Below, piece by piece: positions 22,296 through 33,961 of a DNA stretch of 63,214 nucleotides. Each line of letters begins with the position of its first letter. The stretch's first letter is position 1. The DNA lies in the NCBI GenBank assembly GCA_900617105.1, contig UYFQ01000779.1, positions 186,001 to 249,214 on the forward strand, read 5' to 3'. A program made the translations under genes and the position numbers. Under the pieces are notes generated by a model. The model was not told the origin of the DNA and searched no databases. It saw only the letters and a program-made list of their open reading frames with translations. Origin of the DNA: Hydrurus foetidus (taxonomy: Eukaryota).

Positions 22296-23294
22296 CCACC
22301 CCTACCCCCAAAGGAGGGACTTTAAACCGCTATGTTTCCCCGGCATCAGAAAAATAGCGTTAAAAATCTTTAAATGCAGCGTAATGTCGAAGATGTACAA
22401 ACATATTCTTTAGCTCATAAACACAATAGTCAAATCCTTATACCAAAGCTCAAAGCTTAGCTTCTTCGACATAGCGAAATGCAAACCCGCCTGACCGAAC
22501 GGGCAGGATTTTAGCCATTTTTCTGTAGCCTTGATTTTGCTCAACTTTTGTATCAAGACAAAAGTGGAATAGAAATATTGTGATGTAAAGCTGAAACAAC
22601 CCTCCAACTCTGAGGCAAAATACCCACCCCTACCCCTCCAAAGGAGGGGAATTTTAAACCGCTATGTTTCCCCGGCATCAGAAAAATAGCGTTAAAAATC
22701 TTTCAATGCAGCGTAATTTCGAAGATGTTCAAACATATTCTATAGCTCATAAATACAATTGTCAAATCCTTATACCAAAGCCCAATGCTTAGCTTCTTCG
22801 ACATAGCGAAATGCAAACCCGCCTGACCGAACGGGCAGGGATTTTAGCCATTTTTCTGTAGCCTTGATTTTTGCTCAACTTTGTATCAAGACAAAAGTGG
22901 AATAGAAACATTGTGATGTAAAGCTGAAACAACCGTCCGGCTCTGAGGCAAAATACCCACCCTATACCCCTCCAAGGGAGGGGAATTTTAAACCGCTATG
23001 TTTCCCCGGCATCAGAAAAATAGTGTTAAGAAAATCTTTAAATGCAGCGTAATGTCGAAGATGTTCAAACATATTCTATAGCTCATAAACACAATAGTCA
23101 AATCCTTATACCAAAGCACAATGCTTAGCTTCTTCGACATAGCGAAATGCAAACCCGCCTGACCGAACGGGCAGGGATTTTTAGCCATTTTTCTGTAGCC
23201 TTGATTTTTGCTCAACTTTGTATCAAGACAAAAGTGGAATAGAAACATTGTGATGTAAAAGCTGAAACAACCCTCCGGCTCTGAGGCAAAATAC
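22296..23294. repeat. Three tandem ~333-bp non-coding units, each starting with a C/G-rich REP-like element
   Basis: Units start ~22296, ~22624 and ~22957 (ccacccctacccc...aaggaggg) and end ctctgaggcaaaatac; scattered substitutions between copies. Confidence 0.95.
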
Positions 23295-23366
23295 CCACCC
23301 CTAGAACAACGTTCGTAACCTTCGTAAAAGCTTTGCTTTTTCTCGTTTACCTCCAAAGGAGGGAAT
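23295..23366 (-). repeat. C/G-rich REP-like element carrying one 43-bp-family unit
   Basis: Reverse complement: attccctcctttggagg-taaacgagaaaaagcaaagcttttacgaaggttacgaacgttgttc-taggggtgg. Confidence 0.92.
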
Positions 23367-23450
23367 CAGAACTTATGTGCTCCGATACTTAGGACAAGAC
23401 AATCATTCATCATTAATAATTCAAAATTCATAATTAATAGGGGACTCTAG

Positions 23451-23515
23451 CAACGCCCTATTGACTCCCTACCCAAGCCCTACCTAAGCCCTATCTAAGC
23501 CCTATAACGCCCTAT
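23451..23515 (+). repeat. 11-bp tandem repeat (CTAAGCCCTAT-like, ~6 copies)
   Basis: caacgccctat tgactccctac ccaagccctac ctaagccctat ctaagccctat aacgccctat. Confidence 0.8.
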
Positions 23516-23589
23516 AAAATATTTTATCTTATTGAGATTGCTTTAGGCAAGAACCTTTACAGCAATGACGAATTTCCGAAGATTCCTAT

Positions 23590-23700
23590 TAGACCCCTTC
23601 GATAATTAATTTACAACTCAATCTACACGTCATTTCGACGATAGGAGAAATCTAATAACTGCTTTTATGAGATTTCGGGCAAGAACCCATCGAAATGACG
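23590..23700 (+). repeat. ~112-bp direct repeat copy B
   Basis: Aligns to 8867-8979. Confidence 0.85.
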
Positions 23701-23735
23701 GCAATTATTTTAATTATTGAGGACGTTTAGTAAAA

Positions 23736-23768
23736 CAAAAGAGGCGTTTCGTTTGAAACGCCTCTTTG
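23736..23768 (-). terminator. Intrinsic terminator of the rplM-tsf operon
   Basis: aaagaggcgtttc-gttt-gaaacgcctcttt 13-bp stem ~20 nt after the tsf stop. Confidence 0.88.
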
Positions 23769-23788
23769 TATAAATATCTAAAAACAGA

Positions 23789-24624
23789 TTATCCTAAAGC
23801 AACTCTTACAAAAGATTTAACTTTTAAATCTGCACTTACGCTTTTAAATACTCTGCAACGGTTTTACCACCATCTTTAACAAATGGTTGAGCCATTAAAG
23901 TATTTTCTTTGAAGAAAGCATTTAATTTACCTTCTGCAATTTTAGCAATCATTTCTTCTGGTTTGCCTTCCATTTTAGGATCAGCCTTCATTGTATCAAT
24001 AATAGCTCTTTCTCTTTCAATAGTTTCAGAGCTATGCTATCAGCATCAACAGCCAAAGGATTCATTGCAGCAATTTGCATAGCCACATCTTTACCTGCTT
24101 CGGCAGCATCGCTTGTTAAAGCAACTAAAACACCCATTCTGTATGCACTGTGAATATAAGAAGCAACATAAGGAGCTTCTACTCTTTCATATCTTGCAAT
24201 ACCAATTTTCTCTCCAATAGAAGCTAATTTATCGTTGATTAAATCTGCAACTTTAGCACCATTTACTGTTGCTTCGCTTAATTCTTCAGCAGTTTTGCAA
24301 TCATTAGCAACTGCAGCATCTGCAATACCTTGAGCAAATGCAACGAAATCAGCATTTTTAGATACGAAATCAGTTTCGCAGCTAATACAAACAACGTATC
24401 CAACTTTATTATCGCTACTAGTAGCAGCAATAATAACGCCTTCTTTAGCTTCTCTGTCGCTACGTTTAGCAGCAACTTTTGTCCTTGTTTACGTAACCAG
24501 TCAATAGCAGCTTCAAAATCGCCACCAGTTTCTGTTAACGCTTTACGGCAATCCATCATACCAGCACCTGTGGTTTGACGTAGTTTATTAATATCTTGTG
24601 CAGTAATTGCAACTGTAGTACCAT
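23789..24624 (-). CDS. tsf: Translation elongation factor Ts
   Basis: [54 protein letters not shown]. Confidence 0.97.
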
Positions 24625-24836
24625 TTTTTTGATTTGAATGATTTGAGAAATTTGAAGATTTAAAGATTGAATCTTATATCATCAATGTTTATAAAACCAC
24701 ATAGAAACATTAGTATCATAGTTTTCATGTGCCTATGTACCCATGTGGTTTATGTTTATTAAAGAACTAAAGTGTTGTATGTGTGATTGCAATAGAAATC
24801 TACTAGCCATTCACCATTTACCACTCACTCAAATAA

Positions 24837-25733
24837 TTATCTTCCGCCTGGACCACCTGGACGACGTTGTGCAGGGCCTGGTACTCTACGTTTTGTAACG
24901 CCAGCACCTTGTTGACCACCAGCAGGAGCATCATTGCCTCTACCACGTGCACGACCACCACGACCACCTTCAGCCTGAAGCTTCTGCTCTAAACGACGAG
25001 CGTGAGCTTCGTTATCGTTATTAGAATCATCTTGATCATTATCATCTTCTTTATTTGCTTGACGCTCAGCTAAACCTTCAGCAATTGCAGCAGTTAAATA
25101 ATTAACGATGATAGCAATAGATTTTGTAGCATCATCATTTGCAGGAATAGCAAAGTCAACTTTATTAGATCGCAGTTAGTATCTACCATACCAAAAGTTG
25201 TGATACCTAATCTTTAGATTCAGCTAAAGCAATATGCTCAACTCCAATATCCACCATAAAGATAGCAGCAGGAATACGACCCATTTGAGCAATACCGCCT
25301 AATACTTTCTCCATTTTATCTTTGTCACGTAAGTGTCAAACGCTCTTTTAGTTAAGCTGTCAGCACTCCGTCAGCAAGCATTTTTCGATGCTTTGCATTT
25401 TTAACACTTTTACGAACAGTGTTAAAGTTTGTAAGCATACCACCTAACCAACGCCCAGTTGCATAAGGCATATTAATACGCTTAGCACAATCGCTTACGA
25501 TTTCTTTAGCTTGTTTCTTTGTAGCAACAAACATTATTTTTACCGCTTTTGCAATTTGTTTCATTGCAGCAGCACACTCTTGTAAACCATCAACAGTTTT
25601 GTTAAGGTCTATAATATGAATGCTTTTTCTCAGCAAAATGTATGGTAACATTTTTGGTTCCACTTTTCTTAAGGTGACCAAAGTGTACACCAGCCTCAAG
25701 AAGTTGTTGTTGTAGTGAAGTGTTATTTTCCAT
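24837..25733 (-). CDS. rpsB: 30S ribosomal protein S2
   Basis: LLEAGVHFGH, IHIIDLNKT, RWLGGMLTNF, PANDDATKSI. Confidence 0.97.
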
Positions 25734-25827
25734 TTGAAAATTTGAATGATTTGAAATTTGATGATGAAGCTGCCAGTAAAACACATTGAACAAATTGACC
25801 AATATATTTTGACCAGCAACTTGTTGA

Positions 25828-26215
25828 TTAACGTTTTGAGAACTGGTAGCTTCTTCTTGCTTTTTTATGACCAAATTTCTTACGTTCAACACTACGTGGA
25901 TCACGAGTTAAATGACCTGCTGCTTTTAAAGTTGGACGGAATTCTGGTTTACTTCTAACAGCACACGAGCAATTGCTAGTTTAGCTGCTTCTGCCTGACC
26001 TTTAAACCACCACCTTAGTGCGTTAATAACAATATCGTATTTACCCACAACATCAGCAGCTTTTAAAGGAGCTTCTACTTGGTTTTGTAAATAAAATAAT
26101 GTGAAATATTGTTTGTAATCTTTATCGTTAACCGTTATTTTACCTTCTCCCTTGCTAATGAAAACACGAGTGATGGCTTCTTTTCTACGACCAACGGCAT
26201 TTTTTGCTTCTCCAT
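25828..26215 (-). CDS. rpsI: 30S ribosomal protein S9
   Basis: [46 protein letters not shown]. Confidence 0.97.
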
Positions 26216-26247
26216 TAATATTAATTTGAATGATTTTTAAATGTTGA

Positions 26248-26680
26248 TTAGAATTTTAGCTCTTTAGGTTGTTGAGCAGAATGTGGATGATTTGCACCTT
26301 GATATACAAATAGTTTTGTACATAGCTCTACCTAAACGATTTTAGGCAACATTCCTTTTACAGCTCTTTCAACTAAAACCTCTGGACGACGACGTTGCAA
26401 ATCTTTTGCAGCTTCTTCTTTCTACCTCCTGTATCCACTAAAAGTGTCATAAACTTTGTCTTTCATTTTGTTACCAGTAAGAACAACTTTCACAATTGAT
26501 AACAATAATAAAGTCTCCACAATCTACGTGTGGTGTGTAATAGGCTTTGTTTTTGCCTCGTAGGATGGCAGCAATTTTGCTACACATACGTCCTACGGTT
26601 TGATTAGTACCGTCAACAACATACCAGTTGTGTGTTACGGTAGCCGAGTTATGTTTGGTTGTAAAATGTAATTTACTCAT
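26248..26680 (-). CDS. rplM: 50S ribosomal protein L13
   Basis: WYVVD...[37 protein letters not shown]. Confidence 0.97.
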
Positions 26681-26792
26681 CTGTTTGTATTTAGTATTAG
26701 TGTTTGTTGTTAAACTGAGAACTAATACCTGTTAAGAAATTTAAAATGATAATGCTATCCCATTATCAAGTCCCTATTTTATTTTGGGAGTG

Positions 26793-26823
26793 CAAAAGTG
26801 GGGTGATTACCTAGTTTTCCAAA
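26793..26823 (-). promoter_or_regulatory. Probable Bacteroidota -33/-7 promoter for the rplM operon
   Basis: Reverse complement TTTG-N19-CACTTTTG (one mismatch to TAnnTTTG). Confidence 0.5.
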
Positions 26824-27096
26824 CAAATAAGCAAGTATTTTGTAACGCACTTTTGTAATAGTTTGATTTACAGCAAAAATATTGTCAAATAAAATAGTTC
26901 TTTAACAAATCGACACTCAGATGGAAGTTTTTGTTAAAATTTGGCATTATAATTGTCTTGAAACAATGCTAAAAGCTAATTTTGTTGCTTAATAAGATTG
27001 ATTTTTATATTATAACATCTTAAAATGTATTTAATGTTTGTGTTAAAAAATCAAGTTTTAGCTTTTTGTTTACATTTACCCACTAAAAATTGTTTA

Positions 27097-28617
27097 ATGA
27101 AGCAGGCTTTTATTCTACTCTCTACATTATTTATTTCAACGTTTGGTATTTCGCAAGCCAATAAAAGGTTCCAGCTAAGGCACCAAGTAAAACGGTTGCT
27201 CCAACTAAGGCTGTTGTTCCTACTAAAGCAGTTGTTAAACCTGTTACAAGCACAGATGGTGGGCACAATATTGCTATTACACTTACACCTGCTAAAATCA
27301 AAAGGTTTACTTGGGTTGTTATTATGGAAAAGGAAAAGCCATAATGGACTCTTGTCAATTGGATGATAAATGTAATGGTCATTTTAAAGGCGATAAGAAA
27401 CTTACTGGTGGTATTTATTTTATAGTTTCTCAAGCATATAGTATTCAGTTTGAGGTGTTGATTGGTGATGTACAAAATTTCACCATCATTGGCGATACAA
27501 CTCAAAAGAGAAGTTTGTAGTTAAAGGCTCTCCAGATAATGATTTGTTTAAAACATATTCTACAAAAGTAGCGAAATAGGCAGCGAACTAACAAGAATTG
27601 CTGGCACACTTGCTGATGCTAAACAGCAGGTGATTCGTCTAAAATTAGAAAAGAACTTAAAGCTAAAACGATGCTCTATTAAAAGTTAGAGATGATATTA
27701 TTACCAATAATCCTAACACTTTAATGTCATCATTATTATCTGCAATGAGAAGACCCGAAGCACCGGAAATTCCTATTGACCCTGTTACTAAAAAGCAGAT
27801 TCATCTTATCCTTATCGTTTTGTAAAAGAACATTATTGGGATGATGTTGTTTTTGCTGATGAAAGATTATTACGCACTCCTTTCTTTGAGCCAAAGGTTG
27901 ACGAATATTATAAATATTATATTTCTCCAGAAGCTGACAGCATTATTCCAGAAGTTGATTTATGTTGCTTTCTGCTAGAGAATCTAAAGAAATGTATGCT
28001 TATCTAATAACCAAGTTTACTAATAAGTATATTAGCCCAGTATATGGGTCAGGATAAAGTATTTGTGCATTTGTTTACTGATTATTATTTGCGTGGGGAT
28101 ACTAGCTTACTAGATTCTAAATCTAAAAAACAATCATCGACCAAGGTTATAGTAAGATGCTAAATCAACTTGGGGCTGTTGCTGCACCACTTGATTTAAC
28201 AGACACTTTGGGTAAAGTGAGTTTCGCTATATAGCATTAAAGCTAAGTTTACTTTGTTTGCATATTGGGATCCAACTTGTGGGCATTGCAGACAAGAACT
28301 TCCTCTTTAGATTCTATTTACAGGGCTAAATGGAAAAACTTAGATGTGGCAGTTTATAGTACTATTTCTAAATATGATTTATTGCCAGAATTAAAGCAAT
28401 TTATTAAAGAGAAAATCTTCCTTCAACGTGGCATTATACTTACGAGACTAAAGCTGCTAAAGAGGCTACAGAAAAGCTGGTATGCCAAACTTTCGTCGCT
28501 TATGACTGAACAAAACACCTGTATTTTATTTGTTAGATGCTGACAAGAGAATTATTGGTAAAAACCTAAGCATTCATCAAATTGATGATTTGATATCAAA
28601 AAACTGAAACTAAATAA
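27097..28617 (+). CDS. Secreted redoxin/TlpA-like protein (DUF5106-type middle domain)
   Basis: Signal peptide, YPYRFVKEHYWDDV...RLLRTPFF, WDPTCGHC thioredoxin motif. Confidence 0.8.
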
Positions 28618-28646
28618 ATAAACTGTTAACTATTTTATTGAACCAA

Positions 28647-30543
28647 ATGAAGAAAATAATTTTTTCGATTGTCTTGTTTTCTGCTACCCAATCTTTTGCC
28701 CAAACACTGTTTAGTTATGGCAACAAAGCTGTTAGCAAATCAGAATTTTTAGCTGCATTTAACAAGAACCCTAACCTAATGTAGAAAGAAGAAAAGCTTT
28801 GGATGAGTATAAGAATTTATACATCAACTTTAAACTGAAAGTACAAAGTGCTTTTGATGAAAAGTTGCAGAAGGAAATCTTTAAAGCCGAAAGCGATAAC
28901 TTTAAAAGACAAATTGCAGATAATATTATTAATGAAGAAGCCAACGCAAAATTGCTATTAAAGAAGCTTTTGACAGAAGTCAAAAGATATTGATGTATCG
29001 CAAATATTTGTTGCTAGCAATGGCGATACTGCTGCTGCAAGAATGGAAATATTTAAAGCTTATGCCGATTTAAAATCAGGTAAAAAGTTTGACGATGTGC
29101 TTGAAAAATATTGCAACGATGAGAGTGTAAAAATCAAAAGGAAGCATTGGATATGTTACTGTTTTTCTTTACCATATCAAATTGAAAATATTGTTTATGC
29201 TTTAAAACCTCAAGGATTTTCTGCTCCATACAAAAGTGCTTATGGCTGGCATATTTTTAAGAGTATTAGTGAAAGAGCAGCTGTAGGGAAAAGAAAAATG
29301 TCTCAAATTCTACTTTCGTATCCACCAGATGCAACACCAAGAAAAAGCCAAGGTAGAAGCTAAAGCTGATGAGGTTTATAAAAGAGTTGTTCGTGGAGAA
29401 AACTTTGGAATGCTGGCTCAAGAATATAGCAATGACTACTCAACCGCCAACAACAAAGGAGATATGGGCGAAGTTGGACTTGGCAAATTCAACAGAAGTT
29501 TTGAAGAGCACATATTCTCTTTAAAAACAATGGTGATATTTCTCCTTTAATAAAAACAGATTATGGTATTCATATTTTAAAGTTAATAGAAGCATTACCT
29601 ATTATTAAAAATGCAGAAGACCCAATTTATCAAGCATCTTTAAAAGTGAAACTTGATAATAGCGATAGATTGGCTATTGCTAAAAAGAATTTAATTTCTA
29701 AATGGAAAGGATTAATTGGTTTAGAAAGCATTCTTTAATGAAACAGCTGCCTGGGCTTTTATTGATAGCACTATTCAGAAAAAAATACAGATGATTTAAT
29801 TGCTGTTGCCAATGATTCAACACTAGTGTTTGCATTTAAAAAGCAAAATATTAAACTGTTTGATTTTATTGAATACGTTAAAAGTGTTAGATATTCTGGC
29901 AAAGAAACTGGCAACAAAGCTACCCAGAATTGTTAGATATGTTTGAAGAAGTAAGCTGCAGCGAGTATTATAAAAATCACTTAGAAGATTATAGCAAAAG
30001 CTTGCAAGAGCAGTTGAAAGAGTTTGATGAAGCTAACCTGCTTTTTGCTGCAATGGATAAACACGTTTGGAGCAGAGCGTCTGAAGATAGTGTTGGCTTG
30101 AAAAGTTACTTTGAAGCTAATAAAACTAAATACAATTGGCAGCCTGGTATTGCAGCAATATCAATTAGTGCTAATAGCAAAACATTGGCTTTAGAATTAT
30201 ACGAAAAAATAAAAGCTAACCCACAAGATTGGAGAAAAATTGTTGGTGACGAGGTGCAAAAGCAGCATCTGATAGTGGCAGATACGAAAATGAACAAATG
30301 CCTGTTAAATCTACTATTGATAAAAAGATTGGCTTTATTAGTTTGCCAGAAAAAATGGTGGTGATGATTCTTACAGTTTCATTTATGTAACAGGTGTTTT
30401 GATAAAGTTGAACCAAGAAGTTTTGAAGATGCTCGTGGTTTAGTAATGAACGATTATCAACAACTTTTAGAGAGATTGGTTAGCAGATTTAAAAGAAATA
30501 CGCAGTGAAAGTGAACGAAGCTGTTTGGAATACAGTTCAATAA
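28647..30543 (+). CDS. Parvulin-type peptidylprolyl isomerase (SurA/PpiD-like)
   Basis: EFLAAFNKN, LYINFKLKV, PYKSAYGWHIFK, FGMLAQEYSND, TDYGIHILK, FEDARGLVMNDYQ. Confidence 0.88.
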
Positions 30544-30616
30544 TAAACCTCATTATTCTTGAAAAGCATATACTCATCTGTATAGATTTAGTATATGCTT
30601 TTTTGTTTAACCAAGT

Positions 30617-30624
30617 TACATTTG
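30617..30624 (+). promoter_or_regulatory. Bacteroidota -7 element TACATTTG immediately before the GT4 start
   Basis: TAnnTTTG 4 nt before the ATG, implying a very short or absent leader. Confidence 0.5.
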
Positions 30625-30628
30625 CAAG

Positions 30629-31747
30629 ATGGTAATTGCTGTAAATACAAGATTTTTACAAACAAACAAGCTTAGCTATGCCAGTTTTGTGTTAGAAATC
30701 TTTAAACGTATTGCACAAGAACAACCACAACATCAGTTTGTTTTTATTTTTGATAGAACATTTCAAACAGATTTTGGTTTTGCAAAAAACATTACACCAA
30801 TTGTTATTAGCCCCAAGGTAAAAGATATTGTATCGTTTAAATATTGGTACGATGTAAAGCTTCCTTTGGGTTTAATGAAACATAAACCAGATTTGCTGGT
30901 TCAACTAACAGGTTTTGCAGTTTAACTACATCTATTCCTCAACTATTGATATTACAGGATTTGGCGTTTAAACACTACCCAAATCATATACCCAAAAATC
31001 ACCTTTCTTACTATAAATACTTTAATCAAAATTTATAGATAAGGCAAAACATATTGTTACACTTTCTCAGTTTTCTAAACAAGATATAGCATCAACATAT
31101 AATGTTGAACCCAATAAAAATTGGTGTAGTATATAGTGCTGCGAAGCCCATTTTAAACCACTTGACTATAACGAAATTGAACAAGTAAAAGATGGCTATG
31201 CAGATGGCAGGGCTTACTTTTATTTGTTGGCGGTTTTCATCCTCGCAAAAATTTGATGAATGTTTTAAAAGCATTTTCGTTGTTTAAAAATGGCAACGTA
31301 GCAATATGAAACTATTGATTGCTGGTGCAGTTGCTTTGCAATATGATGATATACTTACAAAGCTAAAACATATAAATACAGAGAAGATATTGTGTTGTTA
31401 GATCATATAGATGAAACAAAACTTGCACGAATTACTGCAGCTGCATGATTGTGTTTTGTATCCTTCTTTTTGAGGGATTATCTGTGCCAATTATTGAGGC
31501 TATGCAATGTGCAGTGCCAATTATAACAAGTAAAACAACAGTATGCCTGATTGGTGGAGATGCTGCATTGTATGTAAATCACGATAAAAGCAGATGAATT
31601 AGCTGAGAAAATGCAGTTGATTTATAAAGATGAAAACCTTCGAAGTAGCCTTATAGAAAAGGATTAAAACAAGCTGCAACATTTAATTGGAATACATCAA
31701 CAGCAAAGGTTTGGGATGCTATTGTAGCAACTAATAATATTTACTAG
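30629..31747 (+). CDS. Glycosyltransferase family 4
   Basis: MVIAVNTRFL, HPRKNL..LKAF, YPS.FEG...PIIEAMQC. Confidence 0.88.
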
Positions 31748-31804
31748 TTATATAAAAGCCCTTGTTTATTACTAAACAAAGGCCTTGCTGATTTCACTAA
31801 AAAA

Positions 31805-32148
31805 TTAATACACTTCTCTTTGTACATAATGCCCTTCAACCCAAACTCTTCCATTTGTCCTTCTTCCCAATGAGCTTCAACCCTCTCTCACGATTTGAGG
31901 TTGAGGATTTGGTGGAGGAGTTGCAACTACTACTCTTGGTCGTGGAGCAATTACAACATTAATGAAAGGTCGGCGATTGTAGTTGTTACATCCAAAGCCA
32001 GCTTGTGCATAAACTACTGGTCGTGTTGGTGCATAACCACCACCATAATGAGGTTGGTGATGATTGTGATGGCCATAGCCACGTTGGGCTTTGCCCCAAT
32101 AATTGCCATTGAAAACAGCAACAACATTAATGTCCTTTCATCTTGCAT
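31805..32148 (-). CDS. Small secreted His/Gly/Pro-rich hypothetical protein
   Basis: Signal-like N-terminus, QRGYGHHNHHQPHYGGGY, ends AHWEEGQ..RVWVEGHYVQREVY (reconstructed across indels). Confidence 0.55.
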
Positions 32149-32221
32149 AATTTAATTAGTGAATAATACAATGACAAAAAACAACAATTATACCAGCTGC
32201 TGTTAAAGTTTTGTTATAGTT

Positions 32222-32667
32222 TTAGCTAATTTTATCGATTCTTGCCTGGTGTCTTCCACCTTCAAAGTTGGTTTGCATAAAAATATTAATCATATCAATT
32301 GCTAGTTCCAATGTAACAAATCTTGCAGGAATGCAAATGATATTTGCATTGTTATGAAGCCTAACCAGTTTTGCAACCTCACTGTTCCAGCACAATCCAG
32401 CTCTAATAGTTTGATGTTTATTTGCAGCCATTGCAACACCATTTGCACTACCACAAAGTAATATGCCAAATGCTGCTTCGCCTTGTTCAACCATACTTGC
32501 AACAGGGTGTGCAAAATCAGCATAGTCAACAGATGCAAGAGAATTGGTGCCAAAATCTTTTATAGATAAAGAACTATGTTCTAGCCAATCAATAATTTGC
32601 TGTATTCGAATCCTGCGTGATCGCTACCAATAGCAATTGGCAGTAAGGTATTAAAAGTTGTTTGCAT
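32222..32667 (-). CDS. rpiB: Ribose-5-phosphate isomerase B
   Basis: IAIGSDHAGFE, SVDYADFAHPVA, LLCGSANG, RLHNNAN, FEGGRH. Confidence 0.95.
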
Positions 32668-32784
32668 AAATTTAAAGGTAATAAAATTTTGATACGGCGA
32701 AAATAATTTACGATAATCAGACAAACGGGTGCAAATTTTCGCTATCATTGTTTTTGAACAAATTTTAAATACACGAATTATAAC

Positions 32785-33903
32785 GTGAAAAGAATACCCC
32801 TTTTGTAATAGTATTTTTATTAGCTAGTTGTAACAACGATAGATCAAATACAACTAAAGAAGCTTCATTTTCTATAAATGGCGAAGTTAAAACCAACAAT
32901 TTGGAAGCTTATCTTCAAATTTTAAATGAGTGCTCAATCTAAAACAGACACACTAAAAATTAAAAATGGCAAGTTTGAATATGAAGGTAAATCCAGCTTT
33001 CAGAGTTAGCAGTAATGGTTGTTGCTGATGTAGATAAGCAAGTAGATAAAAGAAATGTGATGATATTTTTATAGACCCTAGCAGCAAAATGACTATCAAT
33101 GTTGATACAAATACTGTTGAAAAATATATTGTAACAGGCTCAAAATCCAACGACGAGTTTGTTTCTTTTAAGAAAAAATATATTCAGCCAGTTGAGGAAA
33201 AAGAGAAAAAACATTTGATAAAATTGATCCTATGGCTATTAAAAATCCAATAGTAATGGATAGTTTAATGAAATTATCTCAAATTATTCAGCAAAGAAAA
33301 AGGACGCGATTCTATCTTACATCAACTCAAATAAAATTCTATGTTGGTGCTGCCTATGCTTATTTATTTAGTTTGCAAGAGGAAAATACAACCTTTGCCA
33401 AAGCTGTTTATGATGCATTATCTGATAGCCTTAAAAATCGTTTTATGCTGTTGAAATAAAAAATAAAATTGATGCTGTTAGTAAATCTGATGTTGGTGCT
33501 GTTGCTGCTGATTTTGCATCTATTGATACTGATGGAAAAGCGTTTAAATTATCTGATTTTTATAAAGGAAAGCTGGTTTTAATTGATTTTTGGGCAAGTT
33601 GGTGTGGTCCTTGCAGAAAAGAAAATCCCAATGTTGTTAAAGCATACAACCAATATAATTCTAAAGGGTTTGAAGTTTTAGGGGTGAGTTTGGATGAAGA
33701 GAAAAATTTGGATAAATGCCATTGAAAAAGATAAATTAATGTGGAAACAAGTATCTGATTTAAAAGGCTGGGAAAGTCAAACAGCAAGGCTTTATAATGT
33801 AACAGCTATACCAACTAATTTTTAATTGATGGTACAGGAAAAATTATTGCAACAAACCTTCGTGGTGATGATTTGGAGAAAGTTAGCCGAACTGTTGAAA
33901 TAA
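32785..33903 (+). CDS. TlpA-family thiol:disulfide oxidoreductase lipoprotein (AhpC/TSA)
   Basis: LASC lipobox-like; LIDFWASWCGPCRKENP. Confidence 0.88.
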
Positions 33904-33937
33904 AACACACTCAAATTTTTTAGGGTTTCTACAAAAC

Positions 33938-33945
33938 TATCTTTG
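33938..33945 (+). promoter_or_regulatory. Bacteroidota -7 element TATCTTTG
   Basis: TAnnTTTG 16 nt upstream of the aminotransferase ATG. Confidence 0.6.
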
Positions 33946-33961
33946 CACCCAAACTAACTGT

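Noticed and set aside
22410..23356. ORFs 22410-22607 and 23012-23356
   Set aside because: They lie in the triplicated structured repeat, and their frames are not conserved between copies.
31895..32155. 86-aa plus-strand ORF
   Set aside because: Antisense to a more plausible secreted protein on the minus strand.
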